Assembly (NCBI GenBank): GCA_963702475.1
Contig: CAVPCT010000009.1
Location: 306,008-370,007 of the forward strand
Length of the DNA: 64,000 bases
Reading direction: 5' to 3'
Origin: an uncultured Thermoleophilia bacterium
Lineage (GTDB): Bacteria; Actinomycetota; Thermoleophilia; UBA2241
Each line of letters begins with the position of its first letter. Within the stretch, counting starts at the first letter, position 1. Made by a program: the position numbers and the translations under genes. This document shows, in pieces, positions 1 through 9,399 of the stretch. Under the pieces are notes generated by a model that made no database searches, had not been told where the DNA came from, and worked only from the letters and a program-made list of their open reading frames with translations.

Positions 1-188
1 CTTCGTACGTGTTGTTCGCGTTCGTGCTGCTGACGTTCATCGCCATGTACTTCGGCTACTGGCGCAACCTCGTCGCAGCTTTGGTCTTCTACGGCCTGTG
101 CTCGCTCTGGTTCGTGCTGCACAGGTACAAGTTCGTGGACCGCACCAAGCTCTACACGATGCCGTGGCCGCGGCCCAAGGGCTACTGA
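1..188 (+). CDS. C-terminal end of a membrane permease (probably APC-family amine permease), 5'-truncated by the window edge
   Basis: Frame from position 3 reads SYVLFAFVLLTFIAMYFGYWRNLVAALVFYGLCSLWFVLHRYKFVDRTKLYTMPWPRPKGY, ending TGA at 186-188. Two hydrophobic helices; followed by a USP like the other permeases in the island. Confidence 0.65.
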   Translation, partial: SYVLFAFVLLTFIAMYFGYWRNLVAALVFYGLCSLWFVLHRYKFVDRTKLYTMPWPRPKGY

Positions 189-201
189 GCGAGGGGAGGA
201 C

Positions 202-648
202 ATGATGTTCGAGACTCTGCTGGTAGCTACCGACGGGTCCATAGCCGCGGAGAAGGCCGTGACCTGGGCCGTCGACTTCGCCAAACGGCACGACTCGAAG
301 CTCGTCGTGCTCAACGTCACACCTGACAAGCGTGTGCGGCTCCAGGACCAGGAGCCCAACGCCCCGCCCGCCGGCGACGTGTCGCCGGCGGACGCCGGGG
401 ATCTCGTCTCGGACGAGGCCCTGGCCCGGGCCGAGAGGCTGGCCAAGGAAGCGGGCGTGACCTACGTGCTCGAGGAGGTCTACGGCCGCAATATCGCCGC
501 CACCATCGCCAAGGAGGCGCTCAACGTCGGCGCCGACCACATCATCATCGGCTCCACCGGGGTGACCGCGCTGGCCACCTGCGTCCTCGGCTCGGTCGCG
601 CAGAACGTGGTGCACTACGCGCACTGTCCCGTGACGGTGGTCAGGTAA
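202..648 (+). CDS. Universal stress protein (USP)
   Basis: LLVATDGS N-terminus, IIIGSTG...VLGSVAQNVVHYAHCPVTVVR C-terminus; GGAGGG RBS. Confidence 0.93.
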   Translation: MMFETLLVATDGSIAAEKAVTWAVDFAKRHDSKLVVLNVTPDKRVRLQDQEPNAPPAGDVSPADAGDLVSDEALARAERLAKEAGVTYVLEEVYGRNIAATIAKEALNVGADHIIIGSTGVTALATCVLGSVAQNVVHYAHCPVTVVR

Positions 649-694
649 TGCGACGCCGAGGCCGCAGCCACGGCGCGGGGGAGGTGAGGACCAC

Positions 695-1363
695 ATGGAC
701 GTCACCCTCATCATCAAGATAGCCGTCATCGTGGCTGCGGCCCTCGGCCTCGGTTACCTGTACGTCACGTACGTCTATCGCGACCGCCACCGGACGCAGC
801 ACATGCTCGACGGCTTCCTGCCAATCCTGGAAGGGCCGACGGTAGGGAGAAGTTCCTGGGGCTACGAGCGCCTCGAGGGCGTCCTGGATGGAGACCGGGT
901 CAAGATCGACCTGCTCCCGGACTCGCTCATCACGCGGACCCTTCCCACGCTCTGGCTCGAGGTGTGCCTGTGCCGTCCTTTCGACGCGTTCCTGTGTGTG
1001 ATCACATTGTGCAACGGCATGGAGTACTTCGCCGACGAGGTCGACGAGGGCACGCTCCTCAACACGCCGAGCACCTGGCCCGAAGGCGTGAGGGTGCGAG
1101 GCAAGAGCTTCGGCAGCGTGGGGCTCCTGCGGCGCGTCGCGGACGTCGACATCGGGGCCTACCCGCACCTCAAGCTGCTGGTCTTCAGCGAGACCGGACT
1201 CAAGGTGGTCATGCGTGCCGCCCGCGGGGACGTCTCCCAATACAGGGTCATGCGGTCGGCAACCTTCGCTGAAGACTCAGTCAAACCCGAACTCGTCGAC
1301 GAGACGGTCCGGCTCGTGCGCCACCTCGAGCGCGTGCTGGTACGTGGAGAGGAGATAGCGTGA
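695..1363 (+). CDS. Conserved hypothetical protein with N-terminal membrane anchor
   Basis: 222-aa ORF, GGAGGTGAGG RBS, typical codon usage, N-terminal hydrophobic helix; its stop overlaps the next start. Confidence 0.8.
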   Translation: MDVTLIIKIAVIVAAALGLGYLYVTYVYRDRHRTQHMLDGFLPILEGPTVGRSSWGYERLEGVLDGDRVKIDLLPDSLITRTLPTLWLEVCLCRPFDAFLCVITLCNGMEYFADEVDEGTLLNTPSTWPEGVRVRGKSFGSVGLLRRVADVDIGAYPHLKLLVFSETGLKVVMRAARGDVSQYRVMRSATFAEDSVKPELVDETVRLVRHLERVLVRGEEIA

Positions 1364-1824
1364 GCAAGGTGCGCCGGGCCCGGCGGCCCCAGAAGCCGGC
1401 CCCCAAAGGCGAACTCAAGAAGCCGCGTCCGGTGTGGTTCGTCACGCTGCTGGCGTTCGTCCTGCCCGGGAGCGGCCAGTGGCTGAACGGCGCCCCCATC
1501 AGAGGCATGGTCATGCAGTTCAGCATGGTGCTGGGCGCGTACCTCACGTACCAGCTCACCACGCCCGAGATCTCGCCGGTCGGCCGCCTTGCCGGAGGCC
1601 TGCTGGTATGGGTCTTCTCGATCGTGGACGCCCATGGGATCGCCACCCGCAGGGTGAAGGCGTGGGCGCGCATAGAGGCGTCGCAGGCCGCCTCGCCGAA
1701 CCCACCGCAGGCGAAGAAGGCCGGCGGCGCGAGCGACGGCAAGCCGTCCGGAGGCGCCCCGCGACGCATGCAGCCGAAAGGCGCCTCCCGGCGGCCGGCG
1801 ACCTCGGGGAGTCACGACACCTGA
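1360..1824 (+). CDS. Hypothetical membrane protein (LAFVLPGSGQWLNG motif)
   Basis: GTGA overlap with the upstream gene; three hydrophobic segments; L-x-x-x-L-P-G-x-G-Q motif of small membrane proteins. Confidence 0.8.
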   Translation: MSKVRRARRPQKPAPKGELKKPRPVWFVTLLAFVLPGSGQWLNGAPIRGMVMQFSMVLGAYLTYQLTTPEISPVGRLAGGLLVWVFSIVDAHGIATRRVKAWARIEASQAASPNPPQAKKAGGASDGKPSGGAPRRMQPKGASRRPATSGSHDT

Positions 1825-1996
1825 GCGGTGCCGAAGGCCCGCAGGTGCAGAGCGGCCCGGGCGACGCCCGGGCCGCTCTGCGTACGCGGCCCTCACACCG
1901 CGCGCCACGTGGGACCAGGTGTGGGAGGCGCCCACCTGCGGAAGAACCGACCCACCGGCGGCAGCGGCCGCCGGCCGCAACTGACCGGGGGTGCCC

Positions 1997-2206
1997 ATGA
2001 GCATCACGCTCTACACGCGACCCGACTGTCGCTACTGTGACGCGGCGCGCCGCTACTTGGACGAGCGCGGCGATGCCTATGAAGAGCGGGACATCAGCGC
2101 CGACGTCGAGGCCGAACGGGAGGTCATCGCCATCACCGGCGGACCCCTGAGCGTGCCGATCACGGTCGAGGACGGCGACGTCAGGGTCGGCTTTCCGTAT
2201 CAATGA
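1997..2206 (+). CDS. Glutaredoxin-family (NrdH-like) protein
   Basis: ITLYTRPDCRYC CxxC motif, SVP cis-Pro, VGF end. Confidence 0.85.
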   Translation: MSITLYTRPDCRYCDAARRYLDERGDAYEERDISADVEAEREVIAITGGPLSVPITVEDGDVRVGFPYQ

Positions 2207-2310
2207 GGAGGGGCGCGAGGGCGTACGCGCTGGATCTTCCAGCACGACCCCGAGCGCCGGCGCGCGTGACGCGCCTGGACCCGCCACACCTGAGCTGACC
2301 GGGCGAGCCC

Positions 2311-2327
2311 TGCTCCATTATGGAGCA
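2311..2327. promoter_or_regulatory. 8-1-8 inverted repeat TGCTCCAT-T-ATGGAGCA, candidate operator
   Basis: Perfect palindrome in the AT-richer intergenic region upstream of the mtbB promoter. Confidence 0.4.
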
Positions 2328-2406
2328 CGTTCTTGATTGACTTGTCCAATCTGGTATTCTGTGCCCGGATTGCAGTCTTTTCGCATGCCCCAGAGCCCCG
2401 AAAGCC

Positions 2407-2435
2407 TTGACGGACACTCCGAGGCTACATACATT
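2407..2435 (+). promoter_or_regulatory. Sigma70-type promoter for the mtbB-corrinoid operon
   Basis: TTGACG (2407-2412), 17-nt spacer, TACATT (2430-2435). Confidence 0.55.
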
Positions 2436-2723
2436 GTGTCGCACACGCGAGGCCGGCTGTGCCCAAACGGCATACGCCTTGTACTGAAGCTATACTTCGT
2501 GGCCTCACGAGGTGACCAGCTATCGACTCCGAACGCTCGACGCGGTACCCCCGCGAACGGCAAAGGGAGGCCCGTCCTGTGTCGACGGACCATGCGATGC
2601 GATCCACCGAGCGTGCCGCGTCACCAGGGGGCTCGTTGCCTTGGATGACCGACGACGCCCCACGCCCACCGCCCGTGCGCGGTCTGTCTCCGCGCTCTCT
2701 CACCACAATGGAGGTGTGACGCA

Positions 2724-4124
2724 GTGAGCAAGATCTGGACCCGAATGGGTGACGGCAACGCCGTCGAACTGACCCCAGACGAACTCCGCCAGGACATCAT
2801 CGCGGCGACTGAAGACGCCGCGGACAAGGGGCACATCCCGCCCCTTGAAGAGAACGAGATCGACCACCTGTATGACCTCTTCGCGGCGCCGTACCGCATC
2901 ATCGGCGTCGAGCCCGGCCATGAAGTGCCGCTGACCAAGGACGAGACGGCGTGCACCCTCGTCTCCTCGCAGCTGTCGAGTGGTTCACACCTGGCGATAA
3001 GCCGCGAAGACGCAGTCGAAGTCTTCGAGCGCGTGTTCGCGTTCGACACCATGGAGCTGGGCTGGATCGACTACTCCTTCAAGCCGGCGAAGCCCATGGT
3101 CTCTCTGGACCAGGTCTCCATCGAGCGCATCATGGCCACCACCGTGTTCCCGGTGCTCTACGGCGCCATGCCGAACATGGGCCTCTACTACACGCCGGAC
3201 GGGCCGTTCACCAACCCGGCCGACCTCCTCGGCATGATGAAGGTCGAAGAGGCGCGTGAGGAGGAGATGAAGGCCGCCGAGCTCTGCATGGAAGACATGA
3301 TCTTCGTGTGCGAGCGCATGAACGAGATCGGCGCCGACGGCATCGACTTCGACACCACGGCCTCCGCGGGTGACGCCGACTTCTGGTCGGTCCTCAAGAC
3401 GGTCGAGCATCTCAAGGCCCACACCGACCTCGGCGTCGAGATGGGCATGTCCGGCGAGTTCATCCTCGGCATGCACGGCGAGGTCGAGTACAACGGCAAG
3501 AGGCTCGCCGGCATGTTCCCGCACCAGCAGCTGAAGTGCGCGGAAGAGGCGGGCGTCGACATCTTCGGCCCCGTGGTCAACACCAAGACCAACAAGTCCT
3601 GTGCCTGGAACGTCGCCCGCGCCGTCACGTTCGTCAAGGAAGTCTGCAAGCAGGCCACCATCCCGATCCACGCGAACGTGGGTATGGGCGTAGGCGGCAC
3701 GCCGATGTTCGAGACACCGCCGATCGACGCTCTCAGCCGCGCGAGCGTAGCCATGGTCGAGATCGCCAAGGTCGACGGGTTGTAGGTCGGCGTCGGCGAT
3801 CCCTACGGCATGTCCATCATGCACTCGATCGCATCTGGAATGGGTGGCATCCGCACCGCTGGAGACCTGGTGGCAAGGATGGAGCTCAATCACCGGATGA
3901 GGCTTCCCGAGGCGAAGAAGTACGTGGCCGACAAGCTCGGCGTCAGCGTGTTCGACCTGTCGGACTCCACCGTCATGCGCAACCTGCGCGAAGAGCTCAA
4001 CATCGGCGTGATCGAGGCGATCCCGGGCCTGGCGAAGGGCTACACCGCCAAGGCGCGCATCGCCGATCTCCTCGACATCAAGATCAACGGCGTCGAGCGC
4101 CAGATGGCGAAGATGCCGGCTTGA
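2724..4124 (+). CDS. mtbB: Pyrrolysine-containing dimethylamine:corrinoid methyltransferase (in-frame TAG at 3783-3785, codon 354)
   Basis: ORFs 2724-3785 and 3810-4124 are in one frame separated only by TAG. Read-through gives 466 aa with [15 protein letters not shown]...[13 protein letters not shown], the MtbB Pyl-site signature. TRMGDG N-terminus; corrinoid gene follows. Confidence 0.95.
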
Positions 4125-4184
4125 TGCGGGAGTCAGCGACTCTCTCGCAGGTTCAGCGAACTCTGACCCACGGAGGTCACGGGA

Positions 4185-4832
4185 ATGGCGAATGAAGACT
4201 TCTATGCGGATGCGAAAGCCGCAATCCGCGCGTGTGACGCCGACAAGTCCGCTCAGGTGGCAACAGACGCCCTCGCGGCCGGCGTAGCGCCCGACGACAT
4301 GCTGAAGCTGGGATTCATCCCGGGCATCAGCGCGATGGGCGATCTCTTCGAGCGCGGCGAGGTGTTCCTCCCCGAGCTCGTCCTCGCGGCGAACGCCATG
4401 ACGGCGGCTGCTGCGGTGTGTAACGCGGCCCTGCCCGAGGGCGAGGCGGAGGCGAAGGCCATCGTCGTCATCGGCACCGTCCAGGGCGACGTGCATGATA
4501 TCGGCAAGACCATCGTCGTCGCGTTCCTCAGGGCCAACGGCTACAACGTGTTCGACCTTGGTCGCGATATCTCGGGCGACAAGTTCATCGCCGCCGCGGA
4601 GGAGAAGGGCGCCGCCGTCATCGGTATGAGTGCCCTGCTCACCACCACCATGCGCGAGCAGACGCGTGTCATCGAGGCTCTCAAGGCCGCGGGTCTGCGC
4701 GACAAGTACAAGGTCATCGTCGGCGGCGGCGCCTGCACCCAGCAGTGGGCCGACAAGATCGGCGCGGACGCGTACGCCGAAGACGCCAACGACGGCATCC
4801 GCAAGATCAACGAGCTCACGGGAAACGCGTGA
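4185..4832 (+). CDS. mtbC: Methyltransferase cognate corrinoid protein (MtbC-like)
   Basis: B12-binding motif GDVHDIGK...SALLTTT...IVGGG, N-terminal cap domain (FLPELV); directly after mtbB. Confidence 0.9.
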   Translation: MANEDFYADAKAAIRACDADKSAQVATDALAAGVAPDDMLKLGFIPGISAMGDLFERGEVFLPELVLAANAMTAAAAVCNAALPEGEAEAKAIVVIGTVQGDVHDIGKTIVVAFLRANGYNVFDLGRDISGDKFIAAAEEKGAAVIGMSALLTTTMREQTRVIEALKAAGLRDKYKVIVGGGACTQQWADKIGADAYAEDANDGIRKINELTGNA

Positions 4833-4855
4833 CCGCACGTTGTTAGGGCGGGATC

Positions 4856-4892
4856 CCGGCGGCGCGGTGGAGCTACTCCGCCGCGCCGCCGG
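4856..4892. terminator. Strong hairpin between convergent genes (likely bidirectional terminator)
   Basis: CCGGCGGCGCGGTGGAG-CTA-CTCCGCCGCGCCGCCGG, 17-bp stem with one G-U pair. Confidence 0.7.
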
Positions 4893-4897
4893 CGCCC

Positions 4898-5779
4898 TCA
4901 GCGTTCACGCACCCATTTCGCGTAGATGTTGGCAGCACGCCGGTCCATCTCCTCGGTCTCGGTCACACCGCTGCGCTCAAGCGCCTCGGCCGCACCCTTC
5001 ACTCGTGCCCGGCGCAGACAGATCAGCGTGACGACAAGCAGGCTGCGCGTGCCCTTGTCGGCCGAGGGCAGCGCCTCCTCGATCGGGGGGATCACCCCTC
5101 CGCCGAGCTCTTCCAGGCCGAGTGCGAGCAGAGGGCCCACGACGGCCTCGCCGTACTCGGACGCCACGGAGATGACGTGCCGCACGCCGGCGTAGCGCAT
5201 CGCCGAGATCTTCGCGCGAGCCTCCGTGCGGCCCGAGTGGACCGTGGAGTACATGCGCATGATCGTGCTCCCTCGGTCCAGCTGCATCCGTGTCAGACTG
5301 GCGCTGATGCGCGAGAGCTGCCGGTCGATCTCCTCGTTGCGGGTCCGCGTCAGTTGCTCGACCTGCTCGCTCATCGCCGCGGCCGGTCCGGCGAGGTCGG
5401 GGCGCGATGCATCCGACGCGACAACGCGCAGCAGCTCGTGGGCGGCGGGCAGGTCACGGTAGCGGGCGTAGAGGTACACGGTGTACAGAGCGCCGCGGCG
5501 GCGCACGTCGTCGTCGGCGTCCAGCTGCCCGGCGACGTCGGTGAACGTCGCTTCGCCGAGCTCGACGAGCACGGCGCCGGCCTTGCGCTGCAGGCTCTCG
5601 TCCCCGAGGCAGGTCAGCAGCGACTCCCGGCCGTTCTGACCGAGGTCGGCGAGAGCCGCGAGGATGGGCCGGCGCACGTCGCGCCTGGTGGCCGCCGCGT
5701 ACAGCTGCGTGAGGCCGGCCACATCACCGGCGTCGTGAAGGCTGGTGATGTCGCTCTGGCTCGGCATCTGGTTGCTCAT
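4898..5779 (-). CDS. Hypothetical alpha-helical (HEAT-repeat-like) protein
   Basis: Real start MSNQMPS at 5779 with GGGAGAG RBS inside the long shadow ORF; DVAGLTQLY / RRPILAALADLG / RRRGALYTV repeats resemble HEAT units. Confidence 0.65.
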   Translation of the reverse strand: MSNQMPSQSDITSLHDAGDVAGLTQLYAAATRRDVRRPILAALADLGQNGRESLLTCLGDESLQRKAGAVLVELGEATFTDVAGQLDADDDVRRRGALYTVYLYARYRDLPAAHELLRVVASDASRPDLAGPAAAMSEQVEQLTRTRNEEIDRQLSRISASLTRMQLDRGSTIMRMYSTVHSGRTEARAKISAMRYAGVRHVISVASEYGEAVVGPLLALGLEELGGGVIPPIEEALPSADKGTRSLLVVTLICLRRARVKGAAEALERSGVTETEEMDRRAANIYAKWVRER

Positions 5780-5909
5780 CGGCTCTCCCCGGGACGTTCG
5801 CTGACATGCCGGCCACACGCCGGCGACGGACAGCGTACCCGCGCCGGTCGCGCAAGGCCAGCGAGGCACCCGGCTGCGGGCGAGCCACGGCCGGGCCCAT
5901 GCAAGGGTA

Positions 5910-5941
5910 TTGACTCCTCGGGTAGACGCAAGGTACCTTGC
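5910..5941 (+). promoter_or_regulatory. Promoter with overlapping 14-bp palindromic operator
   Basis: TTGACT (5910-5915), 18-nt spacer, TACCTT (5934-5939). Perfect palindrome GCAAGGTACCTTGC at 5928-5941 covers the -10. Confidence 0.55.
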
Positions 5942-6190
5942 CTCATCCTTCGGCCCGCCGCGCCCCATCGGGGGAGCGCCGGCGCGACCGACAGAGGTGT
6001 ATCCCTGGTCCTGCGTGCACGGCATCCGGGGGGATCGCCGTCGCACTGGGGAGGTGGTGCCGCAACCTGAGCCGCCGGACGACCACCGGTCTCGCGCCCG
6101 GTGCCGGCCCGTTTCATGCCGGCACGTCACCGGGCCAAAGCCATGGTCCCGGGATCTCTCACACAACGTCAACGAGCAGAGGGGGGAGCA

Positions 6191-7810
6191 ATGATAGTGG
6201 CAGCCGCGATCAGTCCAGTCTGGTACTGGGTCATCGTGCTCGGCTACATGCTCGTGCTGATCGGGATCGGCGCCTGGACGTACCGCTACCAGAAGCAGCA
6301 GAAGTCCGCGACCGACGAGCACGACGACTACTGGATCGCCAAGCGCCGCAACAACGCCCTCGTGGTGGGCTGCGCCATCGCTGCAGGCTGGTTCCTGATG
6401 GGCTTCATCACCTGGGCCATGTACAACACCTACATGTACGGCATCGGCGGCATCTGGGCCATGGTCGTACCGTGGACGGTGCTGCTGTTCTGCATGGTGA
6501 TCCTCGTGCCGTGGGTACGGCGCATGAAGGCCATCTCGCAGCCGCAGATGCTCCAGCAGCGCTTCGGACTGGCTCTGCGCGTGCTCGTGAGCCCGTTCAA
6601 CATGTTCTGCTTCATCATCTGGGCCGCGGCGGAGATCTGGACGGTCTCGCTGTACATGGCGTCGGCATTCGGCGTCCAACCCTGGGTCCTCTACATCGTC
6701 TTCGCCGTGCCCTGCGCCCTCTACATGGCCCTGGGCGGCTTCCACGCCGTCATCAGCGCCAACCTGCTGCAGTTCGCCATGGGCGTCACCTTCGTCACCA
6801 TCATCTTCTTCGTGATGGTCTTTGAGGCGTGGGACGCCCTGCCCAGTGGCCAGAGCATGATCGACTACCTCGGGAGCGTCGTACCGGCGGGCAACTCGGA
6901 AGGCGACAGTGCGCTCACGCTCTTCAGCCTGGGCATACCGTTCGCCATCTTCTCGCTCATCGCACTCCTGCCGGGGTGGGTGATCGAGGAGGACTGGTGG
7001 CTCAAGGCGCAGTCGGCCAAGAGCACGCGTGCCGCACGGCAGGGCATCTGGGCCAACCTGAGCTACAACCTCATCTGGATCCTCGGCCTGCCGAGCCTCA
7101 TCGGCCTCTTCGCCCTCGTGCTTTATCCGCCGGAAGTGCTCGACACCAAGCTGGCCGGGAACGCCTACGAGCTCATGCCGGTGTTCCTGGGTGACTACTT
7201 CCCGCCTTGGCTGCAGATGATCGTGTTCTGCCTCATGGCTGCACACGCCGTAGCCACGGTGGCTACGTTCACCAACGTGTCGGCCCTCAACATCAGCTAC
7301 GACGTCCTGCAGCCGCTCGTATACCGCAAGCGCGGGTGGGGTGACGCCAGGATCGTGCTGGCCAGCCGCATCGCGTCGCTGTTGGTCGTCATCGCCACCC
7401 TGGGCGTGACGTTCCTCATCGACATGCTGCCGCAGGGCCTGTGGGACGCGTACTACCTGTCCAGCGGTGTGCTCTCTGCTGCCGTCGGCGTCTCCGTACT
7501 CTCCATCTTCTGGAAGCGCGCCAACTTCGCCGGTGCTTTCGCTGCGTCGCTCGTCGGTGGCGTCACCACACTCGTGCTGTTCATCGTGGAGAAGTACGTC
7601 TGGGAGTACGACTGGCCGATCCCGATCCCGGATTCCATGGTCGCTACCGGCTACGCCTACGCGGTGGTCGGCGTGATCCTCGCCATCATCACCCTGGTCG
7701 TGGTCACGCTGCTGACGCCCAAGCCGCCGCAGATCAACCTCGACTCCATCTCGGCGCAACCCGTTGACGATCACGCCGAGTTCTTCGCCGGCGTGCGTGA
7801 GACGTACTGA
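6191..7810 (+). CDS. Sodium:solute symporter (SSS) family transporter
   Basis: ATG at 6191 after GAGGGGGGAG; about 13 hydrophobic segments; DYWIAKR, GGFHAVISANLLQ, WKRANFAGAFAA and SLLTP-like SSF motifs. Confidence 0.88.
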   Translation: MIVAAAISPVWYWVIVLGYMLVLIGIGAWTYRYQKQQKSATDEHDDYWIAKRRNNALVVGCAIAAGWFLMGFITWAMYNTYMYGIGGIWAMVVPWTVLLFCMVILVPWVRRMKAISQPQMLQQRFGLALRVLVSPFNMFCFIIWAAAEIWTVSLYMASAFGVQPWVLYIVFAVPCALYMALGGFHAVISANLLQFAMGVTFVTIIFFVMVFEAWDALPSGQSMIDYLGSVVPAGNSEGDSALTLFSLGIPFAIFSLIALLPGWVIEEDWWLKAQSAKSTRAARQGIWANLSYNLIWILGLPSLIGLFALVLYPPEVLDTKLAGNAYELMPVFLGDYFPPWLQMIVFCLMAAHAVATVATFTNVSALNISYDVLQPLVYRKRGWGDARIVLASRIASLLVVIATLGVTFLIDMLPQGLWDAYYLSSGVLSAAVGVSVLSIFWKRANFAGAFAASLVGGVTTLVLFIVEKYVWEYDWPIPIPDSMVATGYAYAVVGVILAIITLVVVTLLTPKPPQINLDSISAQPVDDHAEFFAGVRETY

Positions 7811-7854
7811 GCCGGGTCGGCGAAGGCCACTTCAGGCAAGAGAGGACGGTCAGC

Positions 7855-8310
7855 ATGGCATACACAATCGTGGTGGGGTACGACGGGTCCGAGCCGGCCA
7901 AGAAGGCGCTGGCCGCGGCCATCGAGTTCGCCAAGACCACACCCGACGCCGAGATCGTGGTCGTCTGCGGCCAGGACCGCAGGCCGGGGTACTTCTACTA
8001 TGACGACCAGCCACTGTGGAAAGAGGCCATCAAGCTCGACCAGATGTGGGAGCACATGGAGGCCAAGATCGAGGAGGACCTCCAGGAAGCGGTGAAGGTC
8101 GTCCAGGACGCAGACGTGAAGGCGACCGCTGCCTGCGGTCGCGGACGGCCGTCTTCGATCGTGCTGAACGTGGCGCGAGAGACCGGCGCCCGCCTCATCG
8201 TCGTGGGCACACACGGCTCCGGCAAGGACGAGGAGACCACGGTGATGGGCTCCACGACGACGGAGCTGCTTCACCAGACGCACGTGCCAGTGCTGGTCGT
8301 GCCTCACTGA
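7855..8310 (+). CDS. Universal stress protein (USP)
   Basis: IVVGYDGS...LIVVGTHG...MGSTTTELLHQTHVPVLVVP. Confidence 0.93.
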   Translation: MAYTIVVGYDGSEPAKKALAAAIEFAKTTPDAEIVVVCGQDRRPGYFYYDDQPLWKEAIKLDQMWEHMEAKIEEDLQEAVKVVQDADVKATAACGRGRPSSIVLNVARETGARLIVVGTHGSGKDEETTVMGSTTTELLHQTHVPVLVVPH

Positions 8311-8505
8311 CCACCGTGCGCGCCTGACGCGCACGGAGTGCCCGGCCGCCGGCGAGTCTCTGGCTCGCCGGCGGCCGGTAGTACGGCCCGGCCCGGGCCG
8401 TGGAACATACGGGGAGAGTCGCGACCGGCGGCCGTCCGGGGGCTCGTTCGTCTGAGCCCGGAGGTCCACCGGTCGTGTCCCCTCTTAACATCCTTGGGGG
8501 AGTCG

Positions 8506-9360
8506 GTGACCTTCGACGAATTCGCACTCATGCTCACAGCTGGGCCCAGGGCCAAGCTGCGGGCGGAAGTCTCCCTGGAGGACCGCGAGCGCATCCTGCG
8601 CTCCCTCATGGGCCGCCTTCCCGTCATGGTCTACCGCTGCGCCGACGACGCCCAGTGGACCATGGAGTTCGTGAGCGCCGGAGCAGAGGAGATCACCGGC
8701 TACAAGCCGGAGGAGCTCGTTGGCAACGCCCGGCTGGCGTACACCGACCTGGTGGTGCCGTGGCACTACGAGGGCGTCTGCCGCGACATCCAGCACGCCA
8801 TCGAGAAGCACAACGCGTGGACGACGTCCTACCCCATCATCACCGCGTCAGGCGACCGCAAGTGGGTGTGGGAGCGCGGTGTGGCCGTGCTCGACGACGC
8901 CGGGGAGGTGATAGCGCTTGCAGGGATCATCATCGACATGACCGTGGAGCGCGAGGCCGAGGAGTCACTCGAGCTCGCGCTCGCCGAGTGGCGCCAGGTG
9001 TTCGACGCCATGGACGACGCCGTGATGGTCCTGGACGGCGACGGCGAGGTGCTGCGAGCCAACGCGGCGGCAGCGGCTCTCAGCGGACTCGATCAGGCCG
9101 AGATGGCCGGGCTCAAGTGCTCGGACGCGCTGCAGGAGCTCTGCGGCCAGGCCCAGGGCATGTGTCCTCGCGACAGGGTGCTGCTGTCGGGGCGGACGGA
9201 GATGACCTACGTGGAGCACGAAGGCAGGCTGCTTCGCCTGACGTTCAAGCCGACCCCGGTCATGGACGGACGCGTCAACGGCGGCTTGTACGTCGTGAGC
9301 GACGTCACGGACGCCGTCCGGGCACGGCCGCAGGACGCACCGGGTACGTCCTACGTGTGA
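8506..9360 (+). CDS. Tandem PAS/PAC-domain sensor protein without output domain
   Basis: GTG at 8506 after GGGGGAG; MVYRC..D..WTMEFVS.GAEEITGY.PEEL and KWVWERG PAS/PAC, second PAS (FDAMDDAVMVLD...RAN); ends directly after the second PAS. Confidence 0.85.
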   Translation: MTFDEFALMLTAGPRAKLRAEVSLEDRERILRSLMGRLPVMVYRCADDAQWTMEFVSAGAEEITGYKPEELVGNARLAYTDLVVPWHYEGVCRDIQHAIEKHNAWTTSYPIITASGDRKWVWERGVAVLDDAGEVIALAGIIIDMTVEREAEESLELALAEWRQVFDAMDDAVMVLDGDGEVLRANAAAAALSGLDQAEMAGLKCSDALQELCGQAQGMCPRDRVLLSGRTEMTYVEHEGRLLRLTFKPTPVMDGRVNGGLYVVSDVTDAVRARPQDAPGTSYV

Positions 9361-9399
9361 GACGCGGCGGGCGCCGCCCGCCGCGCGTCTGCACCGGCG

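Noticed and set aside
2467-2484. Sigma54-like site CGGCATACGCCTTGTA upstream of mtbB
   Set aside because: The invariant -12 GC is GT and no enhancer-binding protein is nearby; a sigma70 promoter fits better.
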